The notes under the pieces were generated by a model. The model saw only the letters and a program-made list of their open reading frames with translations, made no database searches and had not been told where the DNA came from. A stretch of DNA of 64,000 bases. It comes from an uncultured delta proteobacterium (GTDB taxonomy: Bacteria; Desulfobacterota; Desulfomonilia; UBA1062). The stretch covers positions 32,001-96,000 of the forward strand of contig CAWCTR010000009.1 in NCBI GenBank assembly GCA_963798485.1, given 5' to 3'. The first letter of the stretch is position 1. Each line of letters starts with the position of its first letter. Position numbers and translations under genes: made by a program. Positions 31,295 to 42,200 of this stretch are shown piece by piece.

Positions 31295-33193
31295 TTGTAT
31301 AAATCTTATAGTGAAGCCTACCGGCTTTCCCTGGAGGATAAGGACGGCTTCTGGTCGGAAGCGGCTGAAAAGATCCAATGGGAGAAAAAGTGGGACAAGG
31401 TACTGGATGATTCGAAGAAACCATTCTACCGGTGGTTTGCAGGCGGCAGGCTGAACACCTGCTACAATGCCGTCGACTATCATGTAAATAACGGCCGTGG
31501 CGACCAGGTGGCAATCATCTATGACAGCCCGGTGACAGGGATTGTCCGGAAGATAACCTATAAGGAATTCCTGAGCGATGTATCGTTGTGCGCCGGCATG
31601 CTGAAAAACTTGGGCGTGATCAAGGGCGACCGGGTAATCATCTATATGCCCATGATCCCCGAGACCATGGTCGCCATGCTGGCCTGCGCACGCATCGGGG
31701 CGATCCACTCGGTGGTATTCGGCGGGTTTGCCCCCAACGAGCTGGCTGTGAGGATCGAGGATGCCAAGCCTAAAGTCTGCATATCGGGTTCCTGCGGCAT
31801 CGAGCCCAAGGGTGCGATTCCCTACAAACCCCTGCTTGACAAGGCCATCGAGCTGTCATCGCACAAACCCGAAAAGTGCATAATCTTCCAGCGGCCCCAG
31901 GTGAAGGCCGACCTCATACCCGGCAGGGACATCGACTGGGCTGAGGCCGTCAAGGGAGCATCACCTGCGGATTGCGTCATGGTGGATGCTGTCGATCCGC
32001 TCTATATCCTCTATACATCAGGTACAACCGGCAAGCCTAAGGGGGTCATGAGGGATAACGGGGGCCATGCCGTAGCGCTCAAGTGGAGCATGGAGAACAT
32101 TTACAACGTGAAACCCGGAGATGTCTACTGGGCCGCTTCAGACGTGGGCTGGGTCGTGGGACATTCCTACATTGTATATGCCCCGCTGCTCTATGGGTGC
32201 ACCACCATACTCTACGAGGGCAAGCCCGTGGGAACACCCGACCCCGGTGCATTCTGGCGGGTCATCTCAGAGTACAAGGTAAAGGTGCTCTTCACGGCAC
32301 CCACTGCGTTCCGTGCAATCAAAAAGGAAGACCCTGAAGGGTCATATATCAAAAAATACGATATCTCCTGCCTGAAGCACCTCTTCCTGGCAGGGGAGCG
32401 GCTCGACACGGACACCTACCACTGGGCAAGCAGTCTGCTGAATATCCCGGTCATAGACCACTGGTGGCAGACAGAGACCGGCTGGGCCATTGCAGCCAAC
32501 TGTATGGGTATCGAGCATCTGAGGGTAAAGGCAGGCTCCCCCACAAAACCGGCACCCGGTTTTGATGTGCACATCCTTGATGAAACTGCAAAAGAGCTGC
32601 CCAAAGGCAAGGAAGGCGTTATCGGCATAAGGCTCCCCCTGCCGCCCGCCTGCCTGCCCACGCTCTGGCAGAACGACGAGGGCTTCGTGTCCTCGTACCT
32701 GAGTGAGTATCCCGGCTATTATGCAACCGGCGACGGCGGGTACATGGATGACGATGGTTATATCTACATCATGGGCAGGGTGGACGACGTCATCAATGTT
32801 GCGGGTCACCGGCTCTCAACAGGCGGCATGGAGGAGGTGGTTGCAAAGCACCAGGATGTGGCCGAGTGCGCGGTCATCGGCGTAAACGACGTCCTGAAGG
32901 GCCAGGTGCCTATAGGCTTTATCGTGCTGAAGGCCGGCGTAAGCAGGCCGAATAACGAGATCACGAAGGAAGTGGTTACCATGGTGCGGGGTGAGATCGG
33001 GGCCTTGGCCTGCCTGAAGGACGTGGTCGTGGTTCCTCGCCTTCCCAAGACACGAAGCGGCAAGATCCTGCGGGCCACCATGCGCAAGATCGCTGATGGA
33101 GAGGAGTACAAGGTACCCTCCACCATCGATGACCCGGCATCGCTGCAGGATATCCAGGGGGCCACGAAGATCATCGGCTACCCGAAGAACTAA
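31295..33193 (+). CDS. prpE: Propionyl-CoA synthetase
   Basis: [47 protein letters not shown]. Confidence 0.9.
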   Translation: MYKSYSEAYRLSLEDKDGFWSEAAEKIQWEKKWDKVLDDSKKPFYRWFAGGRLNTCYNAVDYHVNNGRGDQVAIIYDSPVTGIVRKITYKEFLSDVSLCAGMLKNLGVIKGDRVIIYMPMIPETMVAMLACARIGAIHSVVFGGFAPNELAVRIEDAKPKVCISGSCGIEPKGAIPYKPLLDKAIELSSHKPEKCIIFQRPQVKADLIPGRDIDWAEAVKGASPADCVMVDAVDPLYILYTSGTTGKPKGVMRDNGGHAVALKWSMENIYNVKPGDVYWAASDVGWVVGHSYIVYAPLLYGCTTILYEGKPVGTPDPGAFWRVISEYKVKVLFTAPTAFRAIKKEDPEGSYIKKYDISCLKHLFLAGERLDTDTYHWASSLLNIPVIDHWWQTETGWAIAANCMGIEHLRVKAGSPTKPAPGFDVHILDETAKELPKGKEGVIGIRLPLPPACLPTLWQNDEGFVSSYLSEYPGYYATGDGGYMDDDGYIYIMGRVDDVINVAGHRLSTGGMEEVVAKHQDVAECAVIGVNDVLKGQVPIGFIVLKAGVSRPNNEITKEVVTMVRGEIGALACLKDVVVVPRLPKTRSGKILRATMRKIADGEEYKVPSTIDDPASLQDIQGATKIIGYPKN

Positions 33194-33206
33194 GACGAGG
33201 CGGAAT

Positions 33207-33242
33207 GAACGAGGGCAGTGCCAAAGTAGCCCTCGTTCTTTT
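33207..33242 (+). terminator. Intrinsic terminator
   Basis: GAACGAGGGC...GCCCTCGTTC followed by a T tract. Confidence 0.7.
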
Positions 33243-33271
33243 ATTATAACTTATGAAAGTGGGGGTATTGC

Positions 33272-33835
33272 ATGTCTGAACAGAAAATAGGTAATCCTGC
33301 GGTTGTCGGCCTGGCCGGATTCGGTATGACCACGCTGATTCTCCAGTTCCACAATGTCGGATGGTGCGGCGCCGGTCCGGTCGTAGCCATGGGGCTCATC
33401 TTCGGGGGGCTGGCGCAATTGATCGCAGGCCTGCAGGAGATCAAGACAGGTAATAATTTCGGGTACAGCGCATTCACTGCGTACGGTGCATTCTGGATCG
33501 GGCTAGCGGTGATCCTATTGTGCAACAACTATGGGGTATATGCCTCCTCCCCGACAGACCTCGGATGGTATCTTGTGGGCTGGACAATCTACACCGCCAT
33601 CATGTGGATAGGGTCCATGCGGGTCAACTCTATGCTGGCCTTAACCTTCACCCTGCTGCTCATCGGATTTATCCTGCTGGACCTCGTACATTTCGGCTAC
33701 CCGGCCCTTAAGTCAATTGCAGGCTACGATCTCATGGCCTGTGCCTTTTCTGCATGGTATGTGATGGCGCACCTCATCTACGCAGACGTGTTCGGGAGAG
33801 ATGTGCTGCCGGTGGGCAAGCCCTGGATTAACTAA
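33272..33835 (+). CDS. satP: Acetate uptake transporter (GPR1/FUN34/YaaH family)
   Basis: GNPAVVGLAGFGMTT, GGLAQ, YGAFW. Confidence 0.88.
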   Translation: MSEQKIGNPAVVGLAGFGMTTLILQFHNVGWCGAGPVVAMGLIFGGLAQLIAGLQEIKTGNNFGYSAFTAYGAFWIGLAVILLCNNYGVYASSPTDLGWYLVGWTIYTAIMWIGSMRVNSMLALTFTLLLIGFILLDLVHFGYPALKSIAGYDLMACAFSAWYVMAHLIYADVFGRDVLPVGKPWIN

Positions 33836-33838
33836 TAT

Positions 33839-35077
33839 TTAAAGCAGCGGTTCGAGGGCCTGGATGTAGCGATCGGTGACACCCTGCTCACCCTTGAGGG
33901 CATCCAGGGCCCTTTTTCCCTTTTCACGTGAGCCATCAAGGTTCTTCAGGATCTTGATGATCGCTTCTGCAAGCCCACGTGCATCCCTTACTACAAAGGT
34001 GTTGCCTTTGACGGCATCCAGTGCCCAGGTGAAGTTGTCCATGTGCGGGCCATGCATGGTGGGGACCCCCCAGGCGACAGGCTCAAGGATGTTCTGTCCG
34101 CCGAGATCCACAAGCGAGCCCCCCACAAAGGCTGCATCGCTTACCCCATAGAGCCTGAACAGCTCGCCCATAGTATCGATGATGAGAAGGTCGACATCCT
34201 TTGCCCCTTTGCTTCGAAGCCCCCATTTTATATCGAGCCCCGCGGCCATTTGTGCGATATATTCGATCCTGTCCGGGTGCCGGGGCGCGATGATGGAATA
34301 GAGCCCTTTGATAGAAGATGCCGCCCTTATGATGGCATCGACCACCATGTTCTCCTCACCTTCACGGACACTTCCGGCAATGAAAATGGGCCTCGATCCT
34401 GACCCGAGGCCCTCCCGCAAAGATGCCGCTTGGGCATTGTCGGATGCTCTCACTGCGTCAAGCTTCAGGTTGCCCAGCACCTCCACCCGAAGTGCCCCCA
34501 AGGCGGAAAACCTCTGAGCATCGGGGGCTGCTATGGCAAGGACCCTTACCTTTTTGAACATATCTTTTAAGAACCATGACACCTTGCGATAGTTCTCATA
34601 AGACTTCCCGGACATACGCGCATTCACAAACACAACCGGTATGGACAGATCTTGCGCGGCAAGGAGCATATTCGGCCAGATCTCCGTCTCCACCACCAGG
34701 ATGGCGCATGGCATGAGCCTGAGGAGATACCTCTTCATCACCCAGAAAATATCAAAGGGAAAGGGGAAGACAAGGTCCTTTTCAGGCATCTTGCAGGCCT
34801 CCTCCCTGCCTGTGGCGGTCATGGGAGACATGAATATGAACACCTCAGGCCACCTGTGCCTTATTGCCTTGACCAGGCCGGATACTGCCTTGACCTCCCC
34901 CACTGAGGCCGCATGAATCCAGACGGCCTTTCTGAGCGCAGGGGCCTCGGGTAGCACGAATCCAAGCCTCTGGGCAATAGTGCCCTTGAAATTCGGATGA
35001 CGCCTAAGGAAGAAGGCCAGAGGCCACACGCCGATGGCACCGAGGAGCCGGTAGACGAAGAGCGCTAGCGCTGCCAT
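33839..35077 (-). CDS. waaA: 3-deoxy-D-manno-octulosonic acid transferase
   Basis: WIHAASVGE, ETEIWPN, GNLK, APRHP, DTMGEL, GGQNILEP. Confidence 0.95.
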   Translation of the reverse strand: MAALALFVYRLLGAIGVWPLAFFLRRHPNFKGTIAQRLGFVLPEAPALRKAVWIHAASVGEVKAVSGLVKAIRHRWPEVFIFMSPMTATGREEACKMPEKDLVFPFPFDIFWVMKRYLLRLMPCAILVVETEIWPNMLLAAQDLSIPVVFVNARMSGKSYENYRKVSWFLKDMFKKVRVLAIAAPDAQRFSALGALRVEVLGNLKLDAVRASDNAQAASLREGLGSGSRPIFIAGSVREGEENMVVDAIIRAASSIKGLYSIIAPRHPDRIEYIAQMAAGLDIKWGLRSKGAKDVDLLIIDTMGELFRLYGVSDAAFVGGSLVDLGGQNILEPVAWGVPTMHGPHMDNFTWALDAVKGNTFVVRDARGLAEAIIKILKNLDGSREKGKRALDALKGEQGVTDRYIQALEPLL

Positions 35078-35778
35078 TGTTTAAGGAGCCTTTCTAAATC
35101 CTGTGGTGTATTGATCTCGTAGAATTCTCCCTGGGCTATGATAACCCTGATGGGTATGCCGTTTTCCAGGGCCCTCAACTGCTCCAGCGATTCGGTGCTC
35201 TCAAGGGAGGAAGGGGGAAGAGAGGTAAACCGCAGGAGCGTCTGCCTTGAAAACCCATAGATCCCGATATGCTTGAGCATGGTCGCATCTCCGGCATTGC
35301 GGGTAAAGGGTATGGGGGAACGGGAGAAGTACAAGGCATTTCCGGCGAGGTCGCATACCACCTTTACACAGTTCGGGTCATCCCTATCATCGGGCAAGGC
35401 CTTTGTTGCTATAGTCGCCATGGAAGCGCCTGCCTTAAGCTCCTTCACGAGCCGGGCAAGGGCATCGATATCAAGGATAATCTGGTCGCCCTGGACATTC
35501 ACGATATAATCTGCATTTATCCCGGAGATGGCCTGTGCCACACGGTCTGTGCCAGAAGGACACTCGGGACTTGTCATGGCCACTTGGCCGCCGAACGCCT
35601 CAGCGGCATTTTGTATCCTTACATCATCAGTGGCTATAAGCACCTTGTCGATATCTTCGCAGGCTGCCACCTGCTCATAGATGCGCCTGATCATGGGCTT
35701 GCCTGCGATATCCACAAGCGGTTTGCCGGGAAAACGCGATGCACCGTAACGGGCGGGGATAACGGCTACAACGCTCAT
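35065..35778 (-). CDS. kdsB: CMP-Kdo synthetase
   Basis: IPARYGASRFPGKPL, SGTDR, NVQGD, LYFSRSPIP, ESLEQLRALE. Confidence 0.96.
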   Translation of the reverse strand: MSVVAVIPARYGASRFPGKPLVDIAGKPMIRRIYEQVAACEDIDKVLIATDDVRIQNAAEAFGGQVAMTSPECPSGTDRVAQAISGINADYIVNVQGDQIILDIDALARLVKELKAGASMATIATKALPDDRDDPNCVKVVCDLAGNALYFSRSPIPFTRNAGDATMLKHIGIYGFSRQTLLRFTSLPPSSLESTESLEQLRALENGIPIRVIIAQGEFYEINTPQDLERLLKQWQR

Positions 35779-35779
35779 A

Positions 35780-36328
35780 TCAGCTTATATCCACGCCGGC
35801 ATTGACGGCGTCAAGGGCACGCAAGTGCTCATTATAGGAACCATCATCATACAAAACCATACGGACAAGCTCGATGCCCGTATTGCCTTCGAGATACTCC
35901 TTGATGGCCTTGATGGCAACATAGGCGGCCTTATCAACCGGGTAACCGAAGATCCCGGTGCTCAGTGCAGGAAAGGAGATGGACTTGACCTTATGCATGT
36001 CGGCAAGTTGAAGGGAATTGACATAGCACGAACTCAACAATACCGCATCCTCCTTAGAACCGCTGTAGACCGGCCCTACCGTGTGGATCACATAGGTATT
36101 CGGCAAACCATGTCCGCCTGTGATCTTGGCCTGGCCCGTCTCACAGCCGCCGAGCATCTTGCATTCCTCCCACAACCCGGGCCCCGCAGCCCGGTGAATG
36201 GCCCCTGCAACACCGCCGCCCGGTGCAAGCTTCTTGTTCGCTGCATTCACCACTGCCTCGGTGTCCTGGGCCGTTATATCCCCCTTCATGAACTGGAGCC
36301 TGGATTTTCCAACTCGGGTTTCCTTCAT
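35780..36328 (-). CDS. Macro domain protein (O-acetyl-ADP-ribose deacetylase, YmdB-like)
   Basis: GDIT, VNAAN, GGGVAGAIH, IHTVGP, FPALSTGIFGYP. Confidence 0.93.
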   Translation of the reverse strand: MKETRVGKSRLQFMKGDITAQDTEAVVNAANKKLAPGGGVAGAIHRAAGPGLWEECKMLGGCETGQAKITGGHGLPNTYVIHTVGPVYSGSKEDAVLLSSCYVNSLQLADMHKVKSISFPALSTGIFGYPVDKAAYVAIKAIKEYLEGNTGIELVRMVLYDDGSYNEHLRALDAVNAGVDIS

Positions 36329-36526
36329 CTTCACCCTCCCCTGCAATGAAGAATCTTTTCAAACACTATACCCTTAAGAACTCTTTTTCTGTATACCGTA
36401 TTCCCCATCAGTGCAATCAAAGCTGTAAGGATATTGGCCATGTCCTTAAGGCTATTCTTCACTCATCCATTATTCCTCCAACCTTGACTCATAAAATATT
36501 GTGTGCTACCCAAGGGAGGCTCACGT

Positions 36527-36599
<73 letters not shown>

Positions 36600-36789
36600 T
36601 AAGGAATATCAATTACTTAAACAGATTCACCAATTCTTTCGATCTTTAATTTTTAACCTATTGCTAACCTGGATACAGTTTTTACTCTTTGGTCAAATCC
36701 TCACTTCATGAAAAAAAGACGGGGTATACAACCGCCTGCGTTATGCCTTCAACTGTTGAGTATGGTGCATTATCTATAATATAAAGACA

Positions 36790-36895
36790 TCATTTCTGTG
36801 ATTTTGATTTTTCCAACTTCTGCATGAATTCACTGGCCAGTCGTTGTGCTTCGGCAATTTGAGCCGGAGTCATCACCCTAGCAATTACACGTGAT
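36790..36895 (-). pseudogene. C-terminal remnant of a Sel1-repeat protein
   Basis: Manual translation: RVIARVMTPAQIAEAQRLASEFMQKLEKSKSQK*, a typical Sel1-protein tail. No upstream open frame. Confidence 0.55.
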
Positions 36896-36957
36896 CTTCA
36901 GTTTGCGATCTTCAAGTCAGCAACTAAGTAGATTTCTAGTCCAAATATATCTTTTTA

Positions 36958-39510
36958 TCACATCTTGCCTTTGAAAAAAGCCTGCTTTAGCTCTGTGATG
37001 TCACGGGCATGAATAGCAATTCTGGTAACCTTACCCTGTTCATTAAGAACTGGAAACAAGCTGGTGTGCATTAATCTTCCTCGATTCTCATCTTCAAAAC
37101 GTCTAGGGTCCCCTGAGCTGATGACTTGTTCGAAGTAAATCTTTCTCCTATTCAACACCTCTTTTGGCAGGTAATCCAAAAGACAGGTCCCCAACAATTC
37201 GTTAACACTTCTGCCTAAACTCTCTGAAGCAGCTTTGTTTATATAAATTATTGTACCGGTGATGTCGATCAAAACCATGAAATCTGTGCATGCATTCACT
37301 AGCGCCTGGGCTGTTGCTTCAGTCTCCCGCAGTAACCCTTCCTTCTTGATGCGTTCTGTGATTTCTCTGGCAACAGAGATTACCTCCACCACACGGCCAT
37401 CCCGTTTCAGGGGGCTGCTGCTTATCACGCCAAATTTTCGTTTTCCATCTTTGGCGATGAACTCGTAGATGGAAGAATTGATTGTCTGTCCTGAGAGTAG
37501 ATGCAAAGCTTCATCAAGAGCCTCATCCATGTATTCAGGAGATAACACACCAACTCTATGGACGGGTTTTCCAATAAGGTCCTCAGGTTTGTACCCAAGG
37601 ACTTTCTCTACGTTCGGTGAGACACTTTTGATCCTTAATTTGTGATCAAAGGAAAACATGACATCATCAGTGAGTGAGAAATGGGTACGGTACCTATCCA
37701 GGGTTTCGAGAAGGGCCTGTTCTTTTTCGATGCGCTCGGTAACGTCCCTGGCTACAGAGATCAAAGTGGCGCCACTACTTTTCTTTATGAGGGGGACACC
37801 GCTCAACTCGCCGAATTTCGTCTTTCCATCTTTCGTGATGAATCGGTAAGTCGGATGGTGAGTCTCTCCTCCTGAGAGCACATGCTTAGCATCGTCATAG
37901 GCCTTGCCCATGTCGTCCGGATGGAGTACGTCCATCTCCTGAAAGGTCCTGCCGACCAGTTCCTGTGGCTTGTATCCGAGGACCCTTTCCACGTTCGGTG
38001 TGACACTTAGGACCCTGAACTCATCATCACTTGTGAACATGACATCGTTGCTGAGTGAAAAATGGATGCGGAATATCTCTTCATTTACGCGCAACGCATC
38101 CTTCGTCCGCTTGCTCGCCTCGATCTCCTGTTTCAGTCTCTTATTTGCCTGAATGAATTTGGTTGTGCGTTCTCCGACCAGGTCTTCCAGATGATCACGG
38201 TAAGTCTTCAGTTCCTCTTCAGCCCGTTTGCGCTCAGTGATGTCGCGAGCAGTTATTACAATGCCATTGATTGCAGGATCTTCGAGGAGATTCTGCCCAA
38301 GGGCCTCCAGGTAAACCCAGGTGCCGTCAGCCTTGCGGCAACGGAATTCAGTAGGTATACCGGGATTGGTCTTCAGGTAGACTTCGTTTAGATCGTTTGT
38401 AACCCTTTCGAAATCATCGGGATGGATTAATTCAAATGGCGACTTGCCAATAAGATAACCAGGTTGGTAACCGAGGATGCTCTCCAAGGATAGGGTTTCA
38501 TAGGTAATAACCCCGTCCGCGTTCAGCATTATGATCATATCCAAAGATTTCTGAATGAGGGAACGAAAGCGTTTCTCACTCTCCCGCATGGCTGATTCGG
38601 CACGCCTGCGGTCAGTGATATCACGCGATACTCCATGGATTCCAATGATTTTGGCTGAATCGTCCCGTATTGCAGACACAACACATTCCATCCATACGGT
38701 GGAACCATTCTTGTGATAATATTCCAGCTCCAGTTTGATAGTTCTATCTGGATCAACACCCTCTTCCTGCTCGCGCTTGAGTTCTGCACTCAGGACTTCT
38801 AGCGCTTGTGCAAAAGAATCAGGGGTTAGCATCTTGTGGGCTTCCTGTGTCATGCGCTCGTTCACGGTGAACCCCAGGACTCTTTCTACTGCAGGACTGT
38901 CATAGGTGACATTGAAATCCAGATCCGCCGTCCAGACGATGTCGTTCATGTTTTCTGTAAGAAACCGGTACTTGGCCTCGCTCTTGCGCAGCGCTTCCTC
39001 AGCTCTCTTACGCTCAGAAATGTCACTGGTGATCCCCATAATACCCTTGATCCTACCTGCCTTATTATGGAGAGGATTCATGGTGACTTCGACCCAGAAA
39101 GTAGAACCGTCCTTGTGGATCATTTCAAACTCAGAAGTGATTGACCAATCAGGGCCGTGCCGATGGCCGCTCATCTCCAAATGTTGCTCTCTCTCGAACA
39201 TCTCCATGGCCTTCTTATAGGAATCGGACGTCAGGATTTGGTCGAGCTTTTGTTGCATAGCCTCCTCAACGCTGTATCCTCTTAAGCGTTTGACCGATGG
39301 GCTTATATAAGTGTAGCCTAGATTGAGATCAAAGACCCAGACTACATCGTGTGCATTCTCTACAAGATTGCGAAAGTGCTCTTCGCTCCCCTTGATTGCC
39401 TCTTCAATTCTTTTATGATCTGATGCTGATTTTCTTAATTCATAAATCAGTTGTCGTGCTTCAGCCAATTCGATCATGAGCTGATCTTTAGTTGGTTTTG
39501 TGTGTCTCAT
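36958..39510 (-). CDS. Multi-PAS domain protein (six PAS/PAC units, no output domain)
   Basis: Six repeats ending in (R/S)D(I/V)T/SER-type PAC motifs and a central coiled coil. No H-box, GGDEF or HTH. Confidence 0.85.
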   Translation of the reverse strand: MRHTKPTKDQLMIELAEARQLIYELRKSASDHKRIEEAIKGSEEHFRNLVENAHDVVWVFDLNLGYTYISPSVKRLRGYSVEEAMQQKLDQILTSDSYKKAMEMFEREQHLEMSGHRHGPDWSITSEFEMIHKDGSTFWVEVTMNPLHNKAGRIKGIMGITSDISERKRAEEALRKSEAKYRFLTENMNDIVWTADLDFNVTYDSPAVERVLGFTVNERMTQEAHKMLTPDSFAQALEVLSAELKREQEEGVDPDRTIKLELEYYHKNGSTVWMECVVSAIRDDSAKIIGIHGVSRDITDRRRAESAMRESEKRFRSLIQKSLDMIIMLNADGVITYETLSLESILGYQPGYLIGKSPFELIHPDDFERVTNDLNEVYLKTNPGIPTEFRCRKADGTWVYLEALGQNLLEDPAINGIVITARDITERKRAEEELKTYRDHLEDLVGERTTKFIQANKRLKQEIEASKRTKDALRVNEEIFRIHFSLSNDVMFTSDDEFRVLSVTPNVERVLGYKPQELVGRTFQEMDVLHPDDMGKAYDDAKHVLSGGETHHPTYRFITKDGKTKFGELSGVPLIKKSSGATLISVARDVTERIEKEQALLETLDRYRTHFSLTDDVMFSFDHKLRIKSVSPNVEKVLGYKPEDLIGKPVHRVGVLSPEYMDEALDEALHLLSGQTINSSIYEFIAKDGKRKFGVISSSPLKRDGRVVEVISVAREITERIKKEGLLRETEATAQALVNACTDFMVLIDITGTIIYINKAASESLGRSVNELLGTCLLDYLPKEVLNRRKIYFEQVISSGDPRRFEDENRGRLMHTSLFPVLNEQGKVTRIAIHARDITELKQAFFKGKM

Positions 39511-39914
39511 TTTGATTCCCTCGATTGTTAATCATGTAAAATAACAAATAAATATACCTAATAAATATTATATGTTAATACAATTCATATTATTGCTCAG
39601 GCAAGTAAATATGTAAACATATGAACAGAGCGTTGGAGATTAAGGGCTAGCCTTGTCATATGACTCGATCATTTTTCATTGATGTTTTTAATTGCCGAAG
39701 CAATAATCTATTTAATTTTATCAATAATTGATGAGACCCCTCGAGTCAATCCAGGAATGAATGACCTGACTCTTTGATAATGTCCTTTGTTGAACTCGTT
39801 AGAAATGTCTCCCCATGAAAAGATAGCTAAGATATAGGGTAATCGGTTTTCTTTATAGCAATCACATACGATAGGAAAGTTGATTCCTGCTATATCTTCC
39901 CAGTTATATGATGC

Positions 39915-40040
39915 TCAGAAACTGATGATTTTGGAAATAAATCTATGCCAAGGGGCATGAATACTCAGAGTGCCGATTTTGTCACGTGATCTATGGTTTT
40001 GAAAATCCCAACTCAGTTCGATGCCTCTGGCACATTATCT
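39915..40040 (+). repeat. Dispersed repeat family copy B
   Basis: GAAACTGATGAT...AATCTATG...CTCAGAG, then 39989-40034 (44/46 identical to 53350-53395), ending TGGCACATTATC. Confidence 0.8.
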
Positions 40041-40429
40041 CCAGTTAGAGTCAACTAGTTATTACTTCATTCCAATTATTGCACAAGGATCATAATGTTA
40101 TAATGTTGAAGGTCGATTAACCATTATTGCTTAATGCAAAAGCATGACTCAGAGGGACTATGTTTTTATTTTTTTATAATTGCTTGAGCACAAGTGGAGT
40201 AAGATGTACTTATACTTATACCACCTTGAGGAACCCAGCCTTGCTTTATTTCTTCATTTACTAGTCCTTCTAGTCTTTTAATAGCATCTTCATAATCTTT
40301 TCCAGAATATGTGGTGAGAATTTTGTATTGCATGGTCTACCTCCAATTATAATCTGGTGTAATATTGTGCCAGTCGTTTTGGGGGACCATTATATCATGA
40401 GCTTTGTATCAGATCTATTTCAGAGATTA

Positions 40430-40540
40430 TATTTCTTCGATTTCATCACGGTTTTGAGAATGCTGAAAACTGATGATCTTAAGTTCAAACCTATGCAGCA
40501 GGCGCTCTATATCAGAGCATCAAGCGTGGCACGAAATCTT
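40430..40540 (+). repeat. Dispersed repeat family copy C
   Basis: CTTCGATTTCATCACGGTTTT (40435-40455) is identical to 56045-56065, followed by AAAACTGATGATCTT...AAACCTATG...TGGCAC. Confidence 0.8.
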
Positions 40541-40601
40541 CACTTAAAGAGTGTTATTTGTGTAATGTCTGTTAGTGTTTTTTTAGTTTCACGTAGTTAA
40601 T

Positions 40602-41408
40602 TCAAAAACGGATATGAGCCCCGAGAGCAATATTGCCATGTCCTATACTGACCTCAGGTTGAATATCGTTATCCAAGCCCATGAATGCATTATGGAAGAA
40701 GGCTGCCATGAAATTACCTAAAGCAAAACCCGCCAGCACATCCGAAGGATAATGCTTTTGGGCCTCCACCCGAGCCCAGCCTGTGCCAAGCGATACGGTG
40801 TACAGGGAAGCATCAGCTATCCACCTGACCGGATCTGGCATGTCGATAGATTTAAGGTTGAGAGTTGCAAGTCGTGTGGAAACAGCAGCATGGGAAGCAT
40901 GCCCTGAGGGCATGCTGTAGTAATCGGATCCATCCGGGCGAAGGCGATGTGTTGCATCCTTGAAAGATGTGGTGGACAGGCTAGTCGCTCCAATGGCTGC
41001 GGCATCCACAGCGAAGCCCTTTGTTTTGTTGCTCATCCACTCCTGTGACGTATCGCCGCTTGGTGTAGCTAAAAAGCTTGCCACATAAGCACCAGTGGCG
41101 ATCCCTGCGAGCACGTTACTCGCATTCGCAGCACTGTCCTGGGAACCGAAAACGGGATTGTGTTCAGAAGCATAATGCGAAATCCTGCGGTCAAAGTCAC
41201 GGTATTGAAGCGCTAAGGCCGTTACACAAGGCAACCAGACATCCAGTGATGTCACTGCATCTAAGGCTGAATTGCCTGCCTTTTTCCATCCTGGAGTTAT
41301 GGTAGCATCCTGTCCCCACCCCCGACCAGTGTTAAGAGTTCCACAGGCAGGGAGTAATCCGAGGATGAATAGACCAGCAATAAATAGATAACTCAAATGG
41401 AGTTTCAT
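40602..41408 (-). CDS. PAP2-family phosphatase, lipoprotein
   Basis: Lipobox LPAC, K..HRLRPD, MPSGH, ARVEAQKHYPSDV. Confidence 0.9.
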   Translation of the reverse strand: MKLHLSYLFIAGLFILGLLPACGTLNTGRGWGQDATITPGWKKAGNSALDAVTSLDVWLPCVTALALQYRDFDRRISHYASEHNPVFGSQDSAANASNVLAGIATGAYVASFLATPSGDTSQEWMSNKTKGFAVDAAAIGATSLSTTSFKDATHRLRPDGSDYYSMPSGHASHAAVSTRLATLNLKSIDMPDPVRWIADASLYTVSLGTGWARVEAQKHYPSDVLAGFALGNFMAAFFHNAFMGLDNDIQPEVSIGHGNIALGAHIRF

Positions 41409-41457
41409 AATTGTATATGAATAAAACCTATATGTAAAATTTCAAGAGCTTATTATA

Positions 41458-42000
41458 TTGAAAACTACTTTCTATCTTATTAGTAATTCAATGAAGGTGG
41501 CTGGTATAAAACCTTGGGAAGTGATCATTATCCCTGTACTCTTCTTTGCCACAACATCAGCACATGCAGATGGTGTATTTCTTGAAGGTGGACTTGGTTT
41601 CCAGTTCTCAACGGATTCTCAAGCCATGTTCCTCAACTATCATATCGACTCATCCCCAATTTTTGGGCTTGAGAGCTTTTATGATTTAGAACTCGGTTCC
41701 TGGAATGGACAGAATCACAATGATGCGATCATTCTTGCCAAGGGAATGTGGTGGGATCTGCCTAAGAATACCTATTTCAGCTTTGAGCCTGGTGGTGCCT
41801 ACATGGTAAAGACATCAAACAATCTGGGCACACATCTTCAATTTGCATTCAGATTTGCTCTAGGTATGAGAACAGAAAAAATTGATTTCTCGATTGGTTA
41901 TAGACACTTCTCTAATGGTGCAAAGGTTTTCCATTGGACAGATCCATCTAATAATAACGGTGAAAATTTCATTACACTCCAGATAGGCTACCTTTTATAA
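41458..42000 (+). CDS. PagL-like acyloxyacyl hydrolase (lipid A deacylase beta-barrel)
   Basis: LGTHLQF, YRHFSNG (His-x-Ser), N.GEN and a terminal aromatic beta strand. Start uncertain. Confidence 0.8.
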   Translation: MKTTFYLISNSMKVAGIKPWEVIIIPVLFFATTSAHADGVFLEGGLGFQFSTDSQAMFLNYHIDSSPIFGLESFYDLELGSWNGQNHNDAIILAKGMWWDLPKNTYFSFEPGGAYMVKTSNNLGTHLQFAFRFALGMRTEKIDFSIGYRHFSNGAKVFHWTDPSNNNGENFITLQIGYLL

Positions 42001-42144
42001 TTCAAGCGAACAAGAACTAAGTCTTGTTTCAAAAGTTCGAAGGCATATATTCACAGTAGATCAAATTTTCTAAAATATAGAATATTAGAATAGAGATCTC
42101 TTCGATTAAAATAGGTAACCCCAAACATAGATTATGAACCATTG

Positions 42145-42200
42145 ATAACTGCGATAAACTGGCGCTTTCCAAAGGCCCTAAAATCGATGATCTTGGTTTG
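42145..42200 (+). repeat. Dispersed repeat family copy D (interrupted by group II intron)
   Basis: ATAACTGCGATAAA...AAAATCGATGATCTTGGTTTG aligns with copy F and stops exactly at the intron 5' end. Confidence 0.85.

Noticed and set aside
40328-40600. Short ORFs overlapping repeat copies (also 42132-42341, 51657-51938, 53308-53578, 61008-61220)
   Set aside because: No conserved reading frame across repeat copies and no RBS; treated as non-coding.
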